Translations under genes and position numbers: made by a program | Notes under the pieces: model-generated | What the model was told of the DNA's origin: nothing | The model's database searches: none | What the model saw: only the letters and a program-made list of their open reading frames with translations | Assembly (NCBI GenBank): GCA_963755125.1 | Contig: CAVWIP010000008.1 | Location: 128,001-192,000, forward strand | Source of the DNA: an uncultured delta proteobacterium | GTDB taxonomy: Bacteria; Myxococcota_A; Polyangia; Fen-1088 | Direction: 5' to 3' | Length of the DNA stretch: 64,000 nucleotides | In this document: positions 22,334 through 32,462 of the stretch, piece by piece | How positions within the stretch are numbered: the stretch's first letter is position 1 | Layout: every line of letters starts with the position of its first letter

Positions 22334-23088
22334 GTCTGGCGAACCCGATTGAGCATGGAGGCCAGCCGCCCACCGCCGAATCCGTTGTCGATGTTTACCA
22401 CGGCCACCCCCGTGGCGCAGGAGTTGAGCATAGTCAGCAGCGCGGCCACCCCCCCGAACGAGGCCCCGTAGCCGACGCTGGTGGGCACTGCGATCGCCGG
22501 CCGCGAGAACAGACCGCCGACCACCGTGGGCAGCACCCCATCCATGCCCGCCACCACCACCAGCACCTCGGCCTCCTCGATGCGCTCGCGATGAGCCAGC
22601 AGGCGGTGCAGCCCGGCCACGCCCACGTCGAAGATCCGTACCACCCGGTTTCCATCCATCTCCGCGGTGACCGCGGCTTCCTCGGCCACCGGGATGTCAG
22701 AGGTTCCGGCCGACAGCACGCCCACCACGCCGCGGCCGCGATCCGGCGCCGGCTGCGGGCCGAAGACCAGCATGCGGGGAACTTCCAGGTAGCGAACTGC
22801 CGGCAGCGTGGTCGCGACCTGGGCCGCCACCTCGGGCGCCACCCTGGTGGCCATCACGGGCACGCCATCACGTCCCAATTCCCCGAGCAGGGTCGCGATC
22901 TGCGCAGCCGACTTGCCCGAGCCGAACACCACCTCGGGAAACCCGGTCCGCATGTGACGGTGAGTATCGGCATGGGCAAAGCCCAATGAGCGGAAAGGCA
23001 GATCGCGCAGCTCACGCAGGCCATCGTCAGGTGACGTCTTGCCGTCCCGAATGTCCTCCAGGAGCGCGCGCAGGCGTGATGAGTCCAC
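22330..23088 (-). CDS. larB: Nickel-pincer cofactor biosynthesis protein LarB
   Basis: RTGFPEVV, AGTSDIPVAEEA, DVGVAGLHRL, PTSVGYG, VNIDNGFG. Confidence 0.95.
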   Translation of the reverse strand: MDSSRLRALLEDIRDGKTSPDDGLRELRDLPFRSLGFAHADTHRHMRTGFPEVVFGSGKSAAQIATLLGELGRDGVPVMATRVAPEVAAQVATTLPAVRYLEVPRMLVFGPQPAPDRGRGVVGVLSAGTSDIPVAEEAAVTAEMDGNRVVRIFDVGVAGLHRLLAHRERIEEAEVLVVVAGMDGVLPTVVGGLFSRPAIAVPTSVGYGASFGGVAALLTMLNSCATGVAVVNIDNGFGGGRLASMLNRVRQT

Positions 23089-23172
23089 GACCAGCAGACT
23101 ACCATCAGATGCGCGGAAATCACCACCGCAGGGAGAAATGCCCGACCACGCCCGCGACCAGCCCTGCGCCGA

Positions 23173-24675
23173 TCAGGATCTGGCGGGGTCCACGACTTGC
23201 TCGCGTTCGTGGATCTCGTAGATCACGCGCGTGCACGCGGCCCGATCGTGCGGCGCCTGGCGGTGGCGGTCGAAAAGCGCGAATAGGGACCCGCCCAGCC
23301 ACGGAATTGCCACGACCAAGTTGGGCACCAACAACATGCGAAGCAGGGCCCCGGTGCTGCGATCCCACAAGGACACGTTGGCGCCCGCGATGTGATCCTT
23401 CACCGAGTCCAGGTCCGCGGCTGCGCCCCACTGCAAACCGATGATGGCCAGCGCCACCAGGGGACCCCAAAACTGGACCGCGAAGCGCAACAGCAAGTTG
23501 GCCACGCGCACGGGGCGGGTGGTGCCCACGATCCGCAATCCCAGCAGGCGCTTGCCGATGGTCTTGCCCCACAGGCGGTGAGAGAGGATGTAGTAGGCGC
23601 CAAAGAGCAGCAGGCAGATCTGCGCGGCCGCGTGCTGGGACAGCCCGAGCACCGCAGCCACTATCTGGCCGACCGGCGCGACCAACATCACGTCCACGGC
23701 CAGGGCAGCCGCACGCGGCACCAGGCCTCCCGCCACGCGCGGCTTGGGGCGCAGCGACTCCAAGCGCGCCAGCAGGTCCTGGTAGCTGCCAGGGCGCTTC
23801 TGCGGATCGGGGTCCATCATCTCGCAAATGAGATGGCGCAGTCGCCAGGGTGCGGCCTCGGCCGGGATGTCCGGTCGCGGGGCCTCGCGATGAAGCTGCA
23901 ACATGCCCCACAGGCTCTCGGCCTGAAACGGCACGCGGCCGGTGAGAAGCTCGTGGAAGGTTATGGCCAGCGCATACACGTCGCCGCGCATGCTCGGCCC
24001 TTCGCCCGCGATCTGCTCGGGCGCGGCGTAGTAGGGCGTGCCCACGAAGCCGCCATCGTCGGTGCCGGCCAGCGCGACCACGCCGAAGTCAGCCACCTTG
24101 ATCGCGTTGGCCTGCGCACCCGCCGGGATCGCGCCCAGCAGCAGGTTTGACGGCTTGATGTCCCGGTGGACCATGCCGCGCGCTTGGGCTGCGGCCAGCG
24201 CCCGCGTGGTCTGGATGATGTACTCCAGCGCCTCGCCCCAGGGCAGCGGCCCTTCGCGCTGGATGTGGTCGGCCAACGTGGCGCCAGGCACGTACTCCAT
24301 GGCGAAGTAGGGTGCGCCCTGAAAGCTGCCGATATAGTAGATGGTGACGACGCTGGGGTGCTGCAGGCAAGCCTGTGCCTGCGCCTCCATGATCAGCCGT
24401 TCGACCAGTCTTTGGTCGCTGGCCAGTTCCCGGCGCAGTACCTTGATGGCCACGGTTCGCCCCAACGAAACATCCTGTGCCAGGTAAACCGCGCCCATCC
24501 CGCCCTGTCCAAGCAACTCGCAGATCTGGAAGTGATCGATGCGCTGGCCGACCAGCGAGTCATCCGCTCGGGCGAGGTGGTCGCACCCCGGACCCTGCGC
24601 GTCGTAGGCCGTAGCCGCAAACGCCCGCTCCGCGCTAGGCGGCTCGTCGAGAGGGTTGGTCTGTTGCCAGGGCAT
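23173..24675 (-). CDS. Ser/Thr kinase fused to a C-terminal RDD membrane domain
   Basis: GQGGMG, HRDIKPSN, DFG, APE; RAAALAVD...TIGKRLLGLRIV...HDRAACTRV. Confidence 0.9.
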   Translation of the reverse strand: MPWQQTNPLDEPPSAERAFAATAYDAQGPGCDHLARADDSLVGQRIDHFQICELLGQGGMGAVYLAQDVSLGRTVAIKVLRRELASDQRLVERLIMEAQAQACLQHPSVVTIYYIGSFQGAPYFAMEYVPGATLADHIQREGPLPWGEALEYIIQTTRALAAAQARGMVHRDIKPSNLLLGAIPAGAQANAIKVADFGVVALAGTDDGGFVGTPYYAAPEQIAGEGPSMRGDVYALAITFHELLTGRVPFQAESLWGMLQLHREAPRPDIPAEAAPWRLRHLICEMMDPDPQKRPGSYQDLLARLESLRPKPRVAGGLVPRAAALAVDVMLVAPVGQIVAAVLGLSQHAAAQICLLLFGAYYILSHRLWGKTIGKRLLGLRIVGTTRPVRVANLLLRFAVQFWGPLVALAIIGLQWGAAADLDSVKDHIAGANVSLWDRSTGALLRMLLVPNLVVAIPWLGGSLFALFDRHRQAPHDRAACTRVIYEIHEREQVVDPARS

Positions 24676-24729
24676 GGCTCAGTGCGATCTTAGCCCCGAC
24701 CCCGCGATCGCGGAATTTTCTGACATCTT

Positions 24730-24928
24730 GATGGGAACCCTGGGAGGGTTCGCTTCGCCCTTCGGCTCCCCACGCCCACACCCACCCCACTCGCTGCGCT
24801 CGGCCTCGCCAAACCCTCCCGCGACGGTCCGCGGCGAGCACCGAGGGCGCGCGCGAAGCGCGCGGGGTGGGCAGGGTGGCGGGCCGTCCCGAAGTCCCCG
24901 CAGGGGGAGCTCGCCGGCTCCCCACGCG
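24730..24928. repeat. Dispersed structured intergenic repeat, long copy
   Basis: Collinear with the reverse complement of 45352-45484 plus an ~65-bp insertion; first 22 bp identical to the reverse complement of 6802-6823. Confidence 0.85.
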
Positions 24929-24929
24929 A

Positions 24930-25868
24930 TTACATTTCTTCGGCGGCGTCTCGTAACGGCAAGAACCTGGCGCCCAATCTGCGCGCTTGCTCCAGAGTTG
25001 CGTCGAGCGCGGCCAGCTTGCGCACCAGCGGAACGCGCAGGTCGGGCTGCTTGGCCACCAGTGCGGCAGGCAATCCATCAGCCCCGGCGTCGGCCAGATC
25101 GATGCCGTGCAGTTCCAGATTGAAAAACGGGCTACCCAGCGCTGCGGCCGTGAGACGCCGCCGCAACCATTCCGGCGCGATGACCAACGTGGTGCCAATG
25201 ACGTGCAGCCGCAGCCAAGGGGTCACGGCTATGGGCAGTTCCACGATCGGCTGGTCGCCGCGCCGATAGGGCGAGCTGGCCGAGGGCCGGTAGGGCTCGC
25301 GCGGCGCCCGCAAGACCGACGGGCTGCCCAGGATGCTGCCCGAACGCCGGCCCGCTAGACGGATCACCCCCAGCACGGCAGCCTTGGCCAGATAATAGGG
25401 TATAGCGGGGAAGGTCGACGAGTCGTAGCGATAGCCGCGTCGGCAGAGCAGATCGATCACCTCAGCCGATATCTCGTAGCCAGGCGCGCGGAAGCCGACC
25501 GGCGGTCGCCCACAAACCGCGGCGATGGCAGCGTGGGCCCGATCGATCTCCTCCGCGATGCGCGAACGGGGAAGCCGGACTAGGTCGTAGGGGTGCGTGT
25601 GCGTGTGGCTGGCCAACTCGTGACCAGCGCTGGCTAGGTCGGCCAACATGCGGCGTCCCTCGGCGTCTTCTTCGAGGTCGCGCCCGACCACGAAAAAGGT
25701 GGCGCGGACGCCGTGGCGGTCAAACAGGTCAGCCAGGCGAGGCAGGCACCGGCGCAGAATGACATGCCGGATCTCATCGGCCGGGCCGCCGGGCAAAGCA
25801 TGGATCCGAAAATAGCACTCGATGGGATCGAGGTCGACGGAGACAGAGACGACAGGGCCGGCCGACAC
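24930..25868 (-). CDS. Polysaccharide deacetylase family protein
   Basis: SVDLD, ATFFVVG, GHELASHTHTH, GFRAPGY, YDSS. Confidence 0.9.
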   Translation of the reverse strand: MSAGPVVSVSVDLDPIECYFRIHALPGGPADEIRHVILRRCLPRLADLFDRHGVRATFFVVGRDLEEDAEGRRMLADLASAGHELASHTHTHPYDLVRLPRSRIAEEIDRAHAAIAAVCGRPPVGFRAPGYEISAEVIDLLCRRGYRYDSSTFPAIPYYLAKAAVLGVIRLAGRRSGSILGSPSVLRAPREPYRPSASSPYRRGDQPIVELPIAVTPWLRLHVIGTTLVIAPEWLRRRLTAAALGSPFFNLELHGIDLADAGADGLPAALVAKQPDLRVPLVRKLAALDATLEQARRLGARFLPLRDAAEEM

Positions 25869-25912
25869 GCGGCTATCGTACCAGACGGCTGGTCCCTGGT
25901 AATCTCGCCTCG

Positions 25913-27676
25913 ATGCCTGCCTATACACCTCTTCGCTATCGGGTCGCCATGCCCGAGCCGCACAGCCACGAGTTTCACGTCACCTTGGACATTCCCTGCT
26001 TGCCCGACCGTCCGGTCCTGGATCTAGTTTTTCCCGCGTGGACACCAGGCAGCTACATGGTGCGGGATTTCTCCCGGCACATCTATCAACTGATCATCGC
26101 GGGCGATGGTCGCGCCCTGCCCTGCGAGCGGCTGGACAAACTGCGCTGGCGGGTGCAGACCGGCGGCCGGCCGGTTCACGTCAGCTACCGTGTCTTCGCC
26201 TTCGAGCAAAGCGTGCGCACCTCGTTCCTTGACCAGGATCGTGGCTTCCTAAGCGGCACGAGCCTTTTCTTTCTTGTGGACGGCGAAGAGACCCGTCCCT
26301 GCCTGCTCGATGTCGAACCACCAACAGACTGGCGCGTCAGCACCGCCTTGCCGGCGGTCCGTGGGGCTCGCCATTGCTTTCGCGCCGGCTGCTACGACGA
26401 ACTGGTGGATGCGCCGGTGGAAATCGGCAGGCACCGCCTCTACGCTTTTCGCCACGATGGCACGCGCTTCGAAGTGGCCTTCGCCGGCCCCACCAACGCC
26501 GACATTCCGAGCCTGCTGGCCCACTTGCGGCGCATTGTGGCTGCGACCGGCGCGCTCTTCGGCGGGTTCCCTTTCGACCGCTACCTGTTCACCATCCACG
26601 CCTTGCCCGAAAGGGGCGGCGGGCTGGAGCACGCTGGCTCGTGCACGCTCGACATCGCCGGCATGGCTTTCGAGGACGAAAAGGCCACCCAGCGCTTCGA
26701 CGAGTTGGCCGCGCACGAGTTCTTCCACGCCTGGAACGTCAAGCGCATTCGCGACCGGATCCTCGGGCCCTTCGACTACACCGCCGAGAACTACACGCGG
26801 CTGCTCTGGTTTCACGAGGGCTTCACCGAGTACATGCAGTCCATCATCTTGCTGCGCGCCGGTCTGCTCACGCCCGAGCGCTACTTGAAGGACCTGGGCG
26901 AAGAATGGGCCAAGTACGCCGGGCGACCCGGCCGCAACGTCACGCCTCTTTCCGAGCTGTCCTTCGAGGCGTGGATCAAGCAGTACAAACCCGCCGACAA
27001 CCACGCCAACCGCGCGGTCAGCTACTACGAGAAGGGCAAGTGGGCAGCCCTGTTGCTGGACCTCGTGCTCCGGCAGGCGACGCAGGGCCGGCGGGGGTTG
27101 CCCCACGTGTTCCGGCGCCTGTGGCAAAGCCACGGCCGGCGTGGCCGGTCCATCACGGCCGCCGACATTCGCGCGGTTGCCGAGTCGGTCGGGCGCTGTT
27201 CTCTCAGTTCATATTTCTCACGCTATATCGACGGGACCGCCAATCTGCCCCTGCCCTCCTGGCTGCGCCGAGCAGGTCTGCTGGCCACGGCCCGGTCGCC
27301 CGCGCAGGCGGAACGCGACGACCGGGTGAAGGCGCGGCGGCAGCAGGCCTGGGCCGGACTCAGCTTCGCCTCGGGCGAGGCCGCCGTGGTCAAGAACGTG
27401 ATCCCGGATTCGCCGGCCTGGCGGGCCGGGCTGACCTTCCGGGACGAGATCGTGGCGGTCAACCAGCATCGCGTGGATGCCTCGACGGTGGGCAAGCGGC
27501 TGGCCGACTGCGCCCCTGGGCAGACCGCGACGGTCGCGTTCTTCCGCCAGGAAATCCTGCGCACGACCAGCCTGCACCTGGTGCGCACGCCCGAACGCAA
27601 GTGGGTCTTTGCGATCGATCCCGCGGCATCGCCGGCCCGACGACGGATGCGCCACGCCTGGCTGCGTGGGTTCTAG
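25913..27676 (+). CDS. M61-family metallopeptidase with PDZ domain
   Basis: PAWTPGSY, GGGLEH, HEFFHAWN, LWFHEGFT, SYYEKG; PDZ (SPAWRAGL). Confidence 0.94.
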   Translation: MPAYTPLRYRVAMPEPHSHEFHVTLDIPCLPDRPVLDLVFPAWTPGSYMVRDFSRHIYQLIIAGDGRALPCERLDKLRWRVQTGGRPVHVSYRVFAFEQSVRTSFLDQDRGFLSGTSLFFLVDGEETRPCLLDVEPPTDWRVSTALPAVRGARHCFRAGCYDELVDAPVEIGRHRLYAFRHDGTRFEVAFAGPTNADIPSLLAHLRRIVAATGALFGGFPFDRYLFTIHALPERGGGLEHAGSCTLDIAGMAFEDEKATQRFDELAAHEFFHAWNVKRIRDRILGPFDYTAENYTRLLWFHEGFTEYMQSIILLRAGLLTPERYLKDLGEEWAKYAGRPGRNVTPLSELSFEAWIKQYKPADNHANRAVSYYEKGKWAALLLDLVLRQATQGRRGLPHVFRRLWQSHGRRGRSITAADIRAVAESVGRCSLSSYFSRYIDGTANLPLPSWLRRAGLLATARSPAQAERDDRVKARRQQAWAGLSFASGEAAVVKNVIPDSPAWRAGLTFRDEIVAVNQHRVDASTVGKRLADCAPGQTATVAFFRQEILRTTSLHLVRTPERKWVFAIDPAASPARRRMRHAWLRGF

Positions 27677-27678
27677 GC

Positions 27679-27708
27679 AAAAAAACGGGGTACCGAAGTA
27701 CCCCGTTT
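27679..27708 (-). terminator. Rho-independent terminator (possibly bidirectional)
   Basis: AAACGGGGTAC-CGAA-GTACCCCGTTT stem-loop; T7 run on the minus strand. Confidence 0.85.
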
Positions 27709-27727
27709 CGATGGATGGACGCCGCGA

Positions 27728-28573
27728 TTAGTTCCCGAACACGATGCTGTTGAGGCAGAAGCCGGACACGGTGTATGCGTTGGTGAGATCCGAAGAGATC
27801 TGTACGCCGACCTTGTCGATGTTGGGAACGTCCGTCGCGAGCAAGGCAGTGCCGCTGTTGTCCCAGCATGCCGTGTTGAAGCTGGTGAGCGGGATAGGCG
27901 CGCCAGATGTCGTTATGGTGGCGCAGTAGGGATTCGCCGTTGCAGTCATGCTGACGAGGTGAATGATGGCCCGGATGGCGGTATTTGCCGGTGTTACCGC
28001 AGAAGGGTTGATGTTGAGCGCGATAGTGGAGTAGCTGGTGCCGAGGGTCGTGCCGGGCGGGTTGCTGGTGTTCACGCCGATTTGAAGCCCCCAGTCGGCG
28101 GTATAGTCACCAGTTGGAAAAGCTGTATCGTCCTGCACTTTGGGGATGCTGCCGGAAATGCAAAGGGCGGTGGCAGAGTCCCAGACCGTCTGGCCCGTCG
28201 TCGGACAAGGCGTGGTGTTGCTGATCTGTTGCGTCGACGCGCCGGCAGTCGCGGTCGGGTTGCAGACCGGATCACTGATGCTGTCCTGTGGGCCAAGCGC
28301 AACGTAGGCGTACCCTGTCATCGGCCCTTGGGCCTGTCCCGAGCTGAACGTGACGGTGTTGCCGCCAGCGGCGGGGCTTCCGCCGGCAGCGGTCGTGCCG
28401 CCGGTGGCGGGCGTGCCGCCAGCGTGCGTGCCAGCAGCAGCGGACGAGCCGCCGCTGCCGCCAGTGTTGTCGCTGCTCGCGCAGGAGGTCGTGAATGTCG
28501 CGAAAACGGCACACACAGCGAGCGAAGCCAAAGCAAGACTAACCTTTACGATCGTTCTGTTCCTTGCGTTCAT
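27728..28573 (-). CDS. Putative lipoprotein with Gly/Ser/Thr linker and Cys-containing beta-rich domain
   Basis: Basic + hydrophobic leader, TTSC, GGT-rich linker, aromatic/Cys C-terminal domain; GAGAGG RBS; own terminator. Confidence 0.8.
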   Translation of the reverse strand: MNARNRTIVKVSLALASLAVCAVFATFTTSCASSDNTGGSGGSSAAAGTHAGGTPATGGTTAAGGSPAAGGNTVTFSSGQAQGPMTGYAYVALGPQDSISDPVCNPTATAGASTQQISNTTPCPTTGQTVWDSATALCISGSIPKVQDDTAFPTGDYTADWGLQIGVNTSNPPGTTLGTSYSTIALNINPSAVTPANTAIRAIIHLVSMTATANPYCATITTSGAPIPLTSFNTACWDNSGTALLATDVPNIDKVGVQISSDLTNAYTVSGFCLNSIVFGN

Positions 28574-28901
28574 GTCACCCTCTCGGTTGGTGTTTGCGTA
28601 TTCAATAGCAGAGCGGCCTGATATGGGAAAATATATCTGACCGAATTCTCAAGTTCTTGCGTGCAACGCAACGCGCTTGCATTGGCCTCACGGCTCAGTC
28701 CTGTCGCGTCATGGTAGGCGGCGCATCCGATGACGTGTGTTCCCTGGCCGATGTCAGTCCCGACCTGCTCGACAAGATCGGCCTGCACGATATAGCTACC
28801 CGCATCGGTCATGCGAAACGATAACAAGAAGATGTGCCCGTAGCTCCGTGGATTGGGGAAGTCGTTCTGCCAGTGAAACCCATGTAGACTGCGCCTCCAT
28901 C

Positions 28902-29738
28902 ATGAAACTATCTGCCGGCCTTCATGACCGTGTACGGGTGGCTGCGGAGGCCGTCCGCCAGCACCTGGGCGCGACGGGTGCCCAGGTGGCCATCGTGCTC
29001 GGCTCGGGCCTGACCGCGGCCGGCGCGGCTCTGGCCGACGTGCGCTCCATCGACTACGCCCAGCTCCCGTGTTTTCCCGAGACCACGGTGGCGGGCCATC
29101 CAGGGCGACTCCTCTTTGGCCGCATGGCTGGCAAAAATACCGTCGTGCTGTGTGGTCGGGTTCATGCCTACGAGGGCTATGCGCCGGCCGAGATCGGCTT
29201 CGGCGTGCGGGTGGCCGCAGCACTGGGCGCAACCACGGTGGTGGTGACCAACGTGGCGGGCGGCATCGAGCCGAGCCTGGCCGTGGGTGAGATCGTTTGC
29301 ATCCGCGATCACCTGAATCTGACCGGCCTGTCGCCCCTGGCCGGTGCCAACGACGAGCGCCTAGGCCCTCGTTTCGTGGACATGACCGACACCTACACGC
29401 CGGCCTTGCGCGTCCTAGCGGCGCAGGCAGCACAGACGGCGTGGGGCAAGCCCTTGCGTGAAGGCATCTACGCGGGCATGTGCGGCCCGTCCTACGAGAC
29501 ACCTGCGGAGGTGCGGATGCTGCGCATCCTGGGCGCGGATCTGGTGGGCATGTCCACCGTCCATGAGGTCATCGCCGCGCGCCACGCGGGCCTGAAGGTT
29601 CTCGGCCTGTCACTGGTGGCCAACCCGGCTGCCGGCATCCTGAGCACGCCGCTCCGGCACGAGGACGTGACCAGCGCGGCAGCGGGCGGCGCCGCCCGCA
29701 TGGGCGAGTTGCTGGAGGCGGTGGTGGCAAGACTGTAG
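28902..29738 (+). CDS. Purine-nucleoside phosphorylase (trimeric type)
   Basis: IVLGSGL, GRVHAYEG, GPSYETPAE, VGMSTV. Confidence 0.95.
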   Translation: MKLSAGLHDRVRVAAEAVRQHLGATGAQVAIVLGSGLTAAGAALADVRSIDYAQLPCFPETTVAGHPGRLLFGRMAGKNTVVLCGRVHAYEGYAPAEIGFGVRVAAALGATTVVVTNVAGGIEPSLAVGEIVCIRDHLNLTGLSPLAGANDERLGPRFVDMTDTYTPALRVLAAQAAQTAWGKPLREGIYAGMCGPSYETPAEVRMLRILGADLVGMSTVHEVIAARHAGLKVLGLSLVANPAAGILSTPLRHEDVTSAAAGGAARMGELLEAVVARL

Positions 29739-29774
29739 TCTTTCTGGCGCTTGCCAGTGCTATGGTGCCGGGCC

Positions 29775-31808
29775 ATGCCTGCCATCCGCACCGACGAGCT
29801 GATGGCTCGTATTGCGTCCTACGAGGAGGGCCCCTTTCCGCAGAAGGATCACTTCCACGCCGCGCTGGCGCCCTGGAAGGATCGCCTCGACGAGAACGCT
29901 CTCTTTGTGCTGACCGCAGCCCTGCGCAAGAGCGACCGCCGGCGCGCGCGCCTGGTGGCCGAGGCGCTGGGCTGGCTGGCGGGCCCTCCCTGCGGGCCGC
30001 TGCTGGTGCCGGTCATGCTCGACCCCGGAGCGCCGCTGCACCAGCGCGCCGCCGCCGCTGCGGCCATTCAGGAATATGCCCCAGGCATCACCCACACCCT
30101 GTCGTCTGACGAGCGGGGTGTGTTGCTGGAACTTCCCGTGCGCGAGATGGTTTCCGAGGCAGGCGACGATTCCTTCGCGGCCGAGGCCATTCGCGCCGCC
30201 TATCGAGCCACACCGGCACAGGATCGCAGCGGCTTCTCGCAGGCTCTGGTCCACCTGGCGGGCTCGGACGCCAGCCGTGTGACCGTGGTGCTGGGTCACC
30301 TGCTGGCTGTCGAGGAAGACCCCGAGCGGCGCCGGGAACTGATTGCCCTTCTCGGCGCCAACCCCAGCCAGGAGGCGGCGGACTTCCTGGCTGGGCTTGC
30401 CGCGACTACCAAGGATGTCAGCGAGGCGAGCGTGACGACGCGCTTGCTGGAAGCGCTGCACACGCAGGGCTTCGCGGGCAAGGTCAAGCCAGTCTGGCGA
30501 GAGGTGACCTGTTTCGCCACCGGCTCCGACGGTGATTCGTGCTTCGCCCTGACCTTCGTGATCCCGCGGCCGCCCGCCTTCACCCTGGTGCACTTTCTCA
30601 TCAGCCTGGTGGACGGCGTGCGCGACGCCATGGTGCATGCCCCCGCCAGTGGGCGCGAGGCAGAGGAGTTCGTCGCGCGCGAGCGCGAAATGATGACGCC
30701 CCTGTCAGGCGATGTGCCGATCGAGGTTGGGCTCAGCATCCTGCAGGAAGCACTCGAGCGCTCGCGGCCGGCGCGTCCTAACGAGGAGCCGGACGTCCAG
30801 TTCGCGTTGCGCGCGATGCAACCCATGCTGGCTGGCGCGCGCGCCCTTCCCGATCCCCTGCCTGCACGCAGACATGTGTCCGCGAACGCGCTGCGCGGCC
30901 TGCTCACCAGTCCCGGCTTCGAGTACTGGTACCTGGAGCCCGGAGAGGAAGTCATGCGTCCGGCCCTCGCGGTCATCAGCCGCCCCAGCCGGGCCAAGAC
31001 CAGCCGCGGCCTGGAAAGCGAGATGACCCGGCGTCTGGACAAGGTGATGCCGGTCCTGCTCGAGCGCATGGTGGCCACCGGCGAAATCGAGCGGGTTGGC
31101 CGGATGCTGCGCCACCAGGCACGGGTGCTGCGCGCAGCCGGGGAAGACAAGCGAGCCAAGCTCTGCCTGCAGGTGGCCGCCAACATGGCGGCCGGCAATC
31201 CCGAGTTTCTCGTCCACCTGGCCATGCGATCGCTGGCCGTCGCCGCCGAAGCCACCGCGGCCGAACCCCGGCACACGCGCGGACGCGAACAGGAGGGTCG
31301 AGATTCGCTGCTCCATCGCATCGAGGAAGGTGCCACGCGCATCACGCTGCGCGAGGTGGCCGAGTTGGACCTGTCCGCGGAAATCTACCAGGCGGTCAAC
31401 GAAGCCAATCGCGCGGCGCCCTCTGCTCGGCGCTCGTCGCTGGCATCCATCGAGCAAGCGGCACTTGCCTTCGCCCGCCACTTCCTCAAGTGGCTGGAAG
31501 GACGGGCGGCCGACCCCGAGCCAAGCGAGCCCGAGGTGGTCGAGTTGGTCACCGGGTTGCGCAACCTGCTGGTGGAGAAAGGCGTGGTGGATCCGGCCTA
31601 CCGTCTGGACGCTGCGGGCGAGGCCGCTGCCGCCGCCCTGAACTTCGTCGAGCATCACTGCCGAGGCGACTGCCCGCATCGATGCCTGGATTTGGGCGAC
31701 CACGACGGCCAACTGCTGTTCTTTTCGCGGCCGCCTTTGTGGGAGGTCCGTCCCGAGGATCTGCGAACCCACGCGAACCTCGACCGCAGCAAGCGGCCCC
31801 AGGCGTGA
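29775..31808 (+). CDS. Hypothetical protein with HEAT-like helices and a C-terminal Cys cluster
   Basis: Long ORF with typical codon bias; HEAT-like repeats; HHCRGDCPHRC near the C-terminus. Confidence 0.7.
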   Translation: MPAIRTDELMARIASYEEGPFPQKDHFHAALAPWKDRLDENALFVLTAALRKSDRRRARLVAEALGWLAGPPCGPLLVPVMLDPGAPLHQRAAAAAAIQEYAPGITHTLSSDERGVLLELPVREMVSEAGDDSFAAEAIRAAYRATPAQDRSGFSQALVHLAGSDASRVTVVLGHLLAVEEDPERRRELIALLGANPSQEAADFLAGLAATTKDVSEASVTTRLLEALHTQGFAGKVKPVWREVTCFATGSDGDSCFALTFVIPRPPAFTLVHFLISLVDGVRDAMVHAPASGREAEEFVAREREMMTPLSGDVPIEVGLSILQEALERSRPARPNEEPDVQFALRAMQPMLAGARALPDPLPARRHVSANALRGLLTSPGFEYWYLEPGEEVMRPALAVISRPSRAKTSRGLESEMTRRLDKVMPVLLERMVATGEIERVGRMLRHQARVLRAAGEDKRAKLCLQVAANMAAGNPEFLVHLAMRSLAVAAEATAAEPRHTRGREQEGRDSLLHRIEEGATRITLREVAELDLSAEIYQAVNEANRAAPSARRSSLASIEQAALAFARHFLKWLEGRAADPEPSEPEVVELVTGLRNLLVEKGVVDPAYRLDAAGEAAAAALNFVEHHCRGDCPHRCLDLGDHDGQLLFFSRPPLWEVRPEDLRTHANLDRSKRPQA

Positions 31809-31873
31809 GCCGGAAAAACGCCAGGTAACATTGCAGCGATTCGTGTCATCCTAGCCAAGCAAGGAGGAGGACC

Positions 31874-32452
31874 GTGGAACACAAGCTGCCTGAACTTCCC
31901 TACGCCAAGGACGCATTGGCCCCACACATTTCGAAGGAAACCATCGAGTACCACTACGGCAAACACCATGCGACCTATGTGGCCAACCTGAACAAGCTCA
32001 TCCCCGGCACCGAATTCGCCGACCTTTCTTTGGAGGAGATCATCAAGAAAGCCTCGGGCGGAATCTTCAACAACGCGGCCCAGGTCTGGAATCACAGCTT
32101 TTACTGGAACTGCCTGTCGCCTCAGGGCGGTGGCGAGCCGAGCGGCCCCCTGGCCGATGCCATCGGCAAGAGCTTCGGCGGGTTCGCGTCCTTCAAGGAG
32201 AAGTTCAGTAACGCTGCGGTCACGCTGTTTGGTTCAGGCTGGGCCTGGCTGGTCAAAGGCGCTGATGGGAGCCTCAACATCCAGCAGACGAGCAATGCCG
32301 GCACGCCGATCAAGGACGGCCAGCGACCCATCCTGACCTGCGACGTGTGGGAGCACGCCTACTACATCGACTACCGGAACGCGCGCGCAAACTACGTCGA
32401 GGAGTTCTGGCGAGTCGTCAACTGGCGGTTTGCTGCGGAGAACTTCAAGTAG
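31874..32452 (+). CDS. sodB: Fe superoxide dismutase
   Basis: [17 protein letters not shown] (Fe-type), [20 protein letters not shown]. Confidence 0.97.
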   Translation: MEHKLPELPYAKDALAPHISKETIEYHYGKHHATYVANLNKLIPGTEFADLSLEEIIKKASGGIFNNAAQVWNHSFYWNCLSPQGGGEPSGPLADAIGKSFGGFASFKEKFSNAAVTLFGSGWAWLVKGADGSLNIQQTSNAGTPIKDGQRPILTCDVWEHAYYIDYRNARANYVEEFWRVVNWRFAAENFK

Positions 32453-32462
32453 CGGGGTGCCG

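Noticed and set aside
28574..28900. Riboswitch in the long intergenic region
   Set aside because: No recognisable consensus by eye; an Rfam scan would be needed
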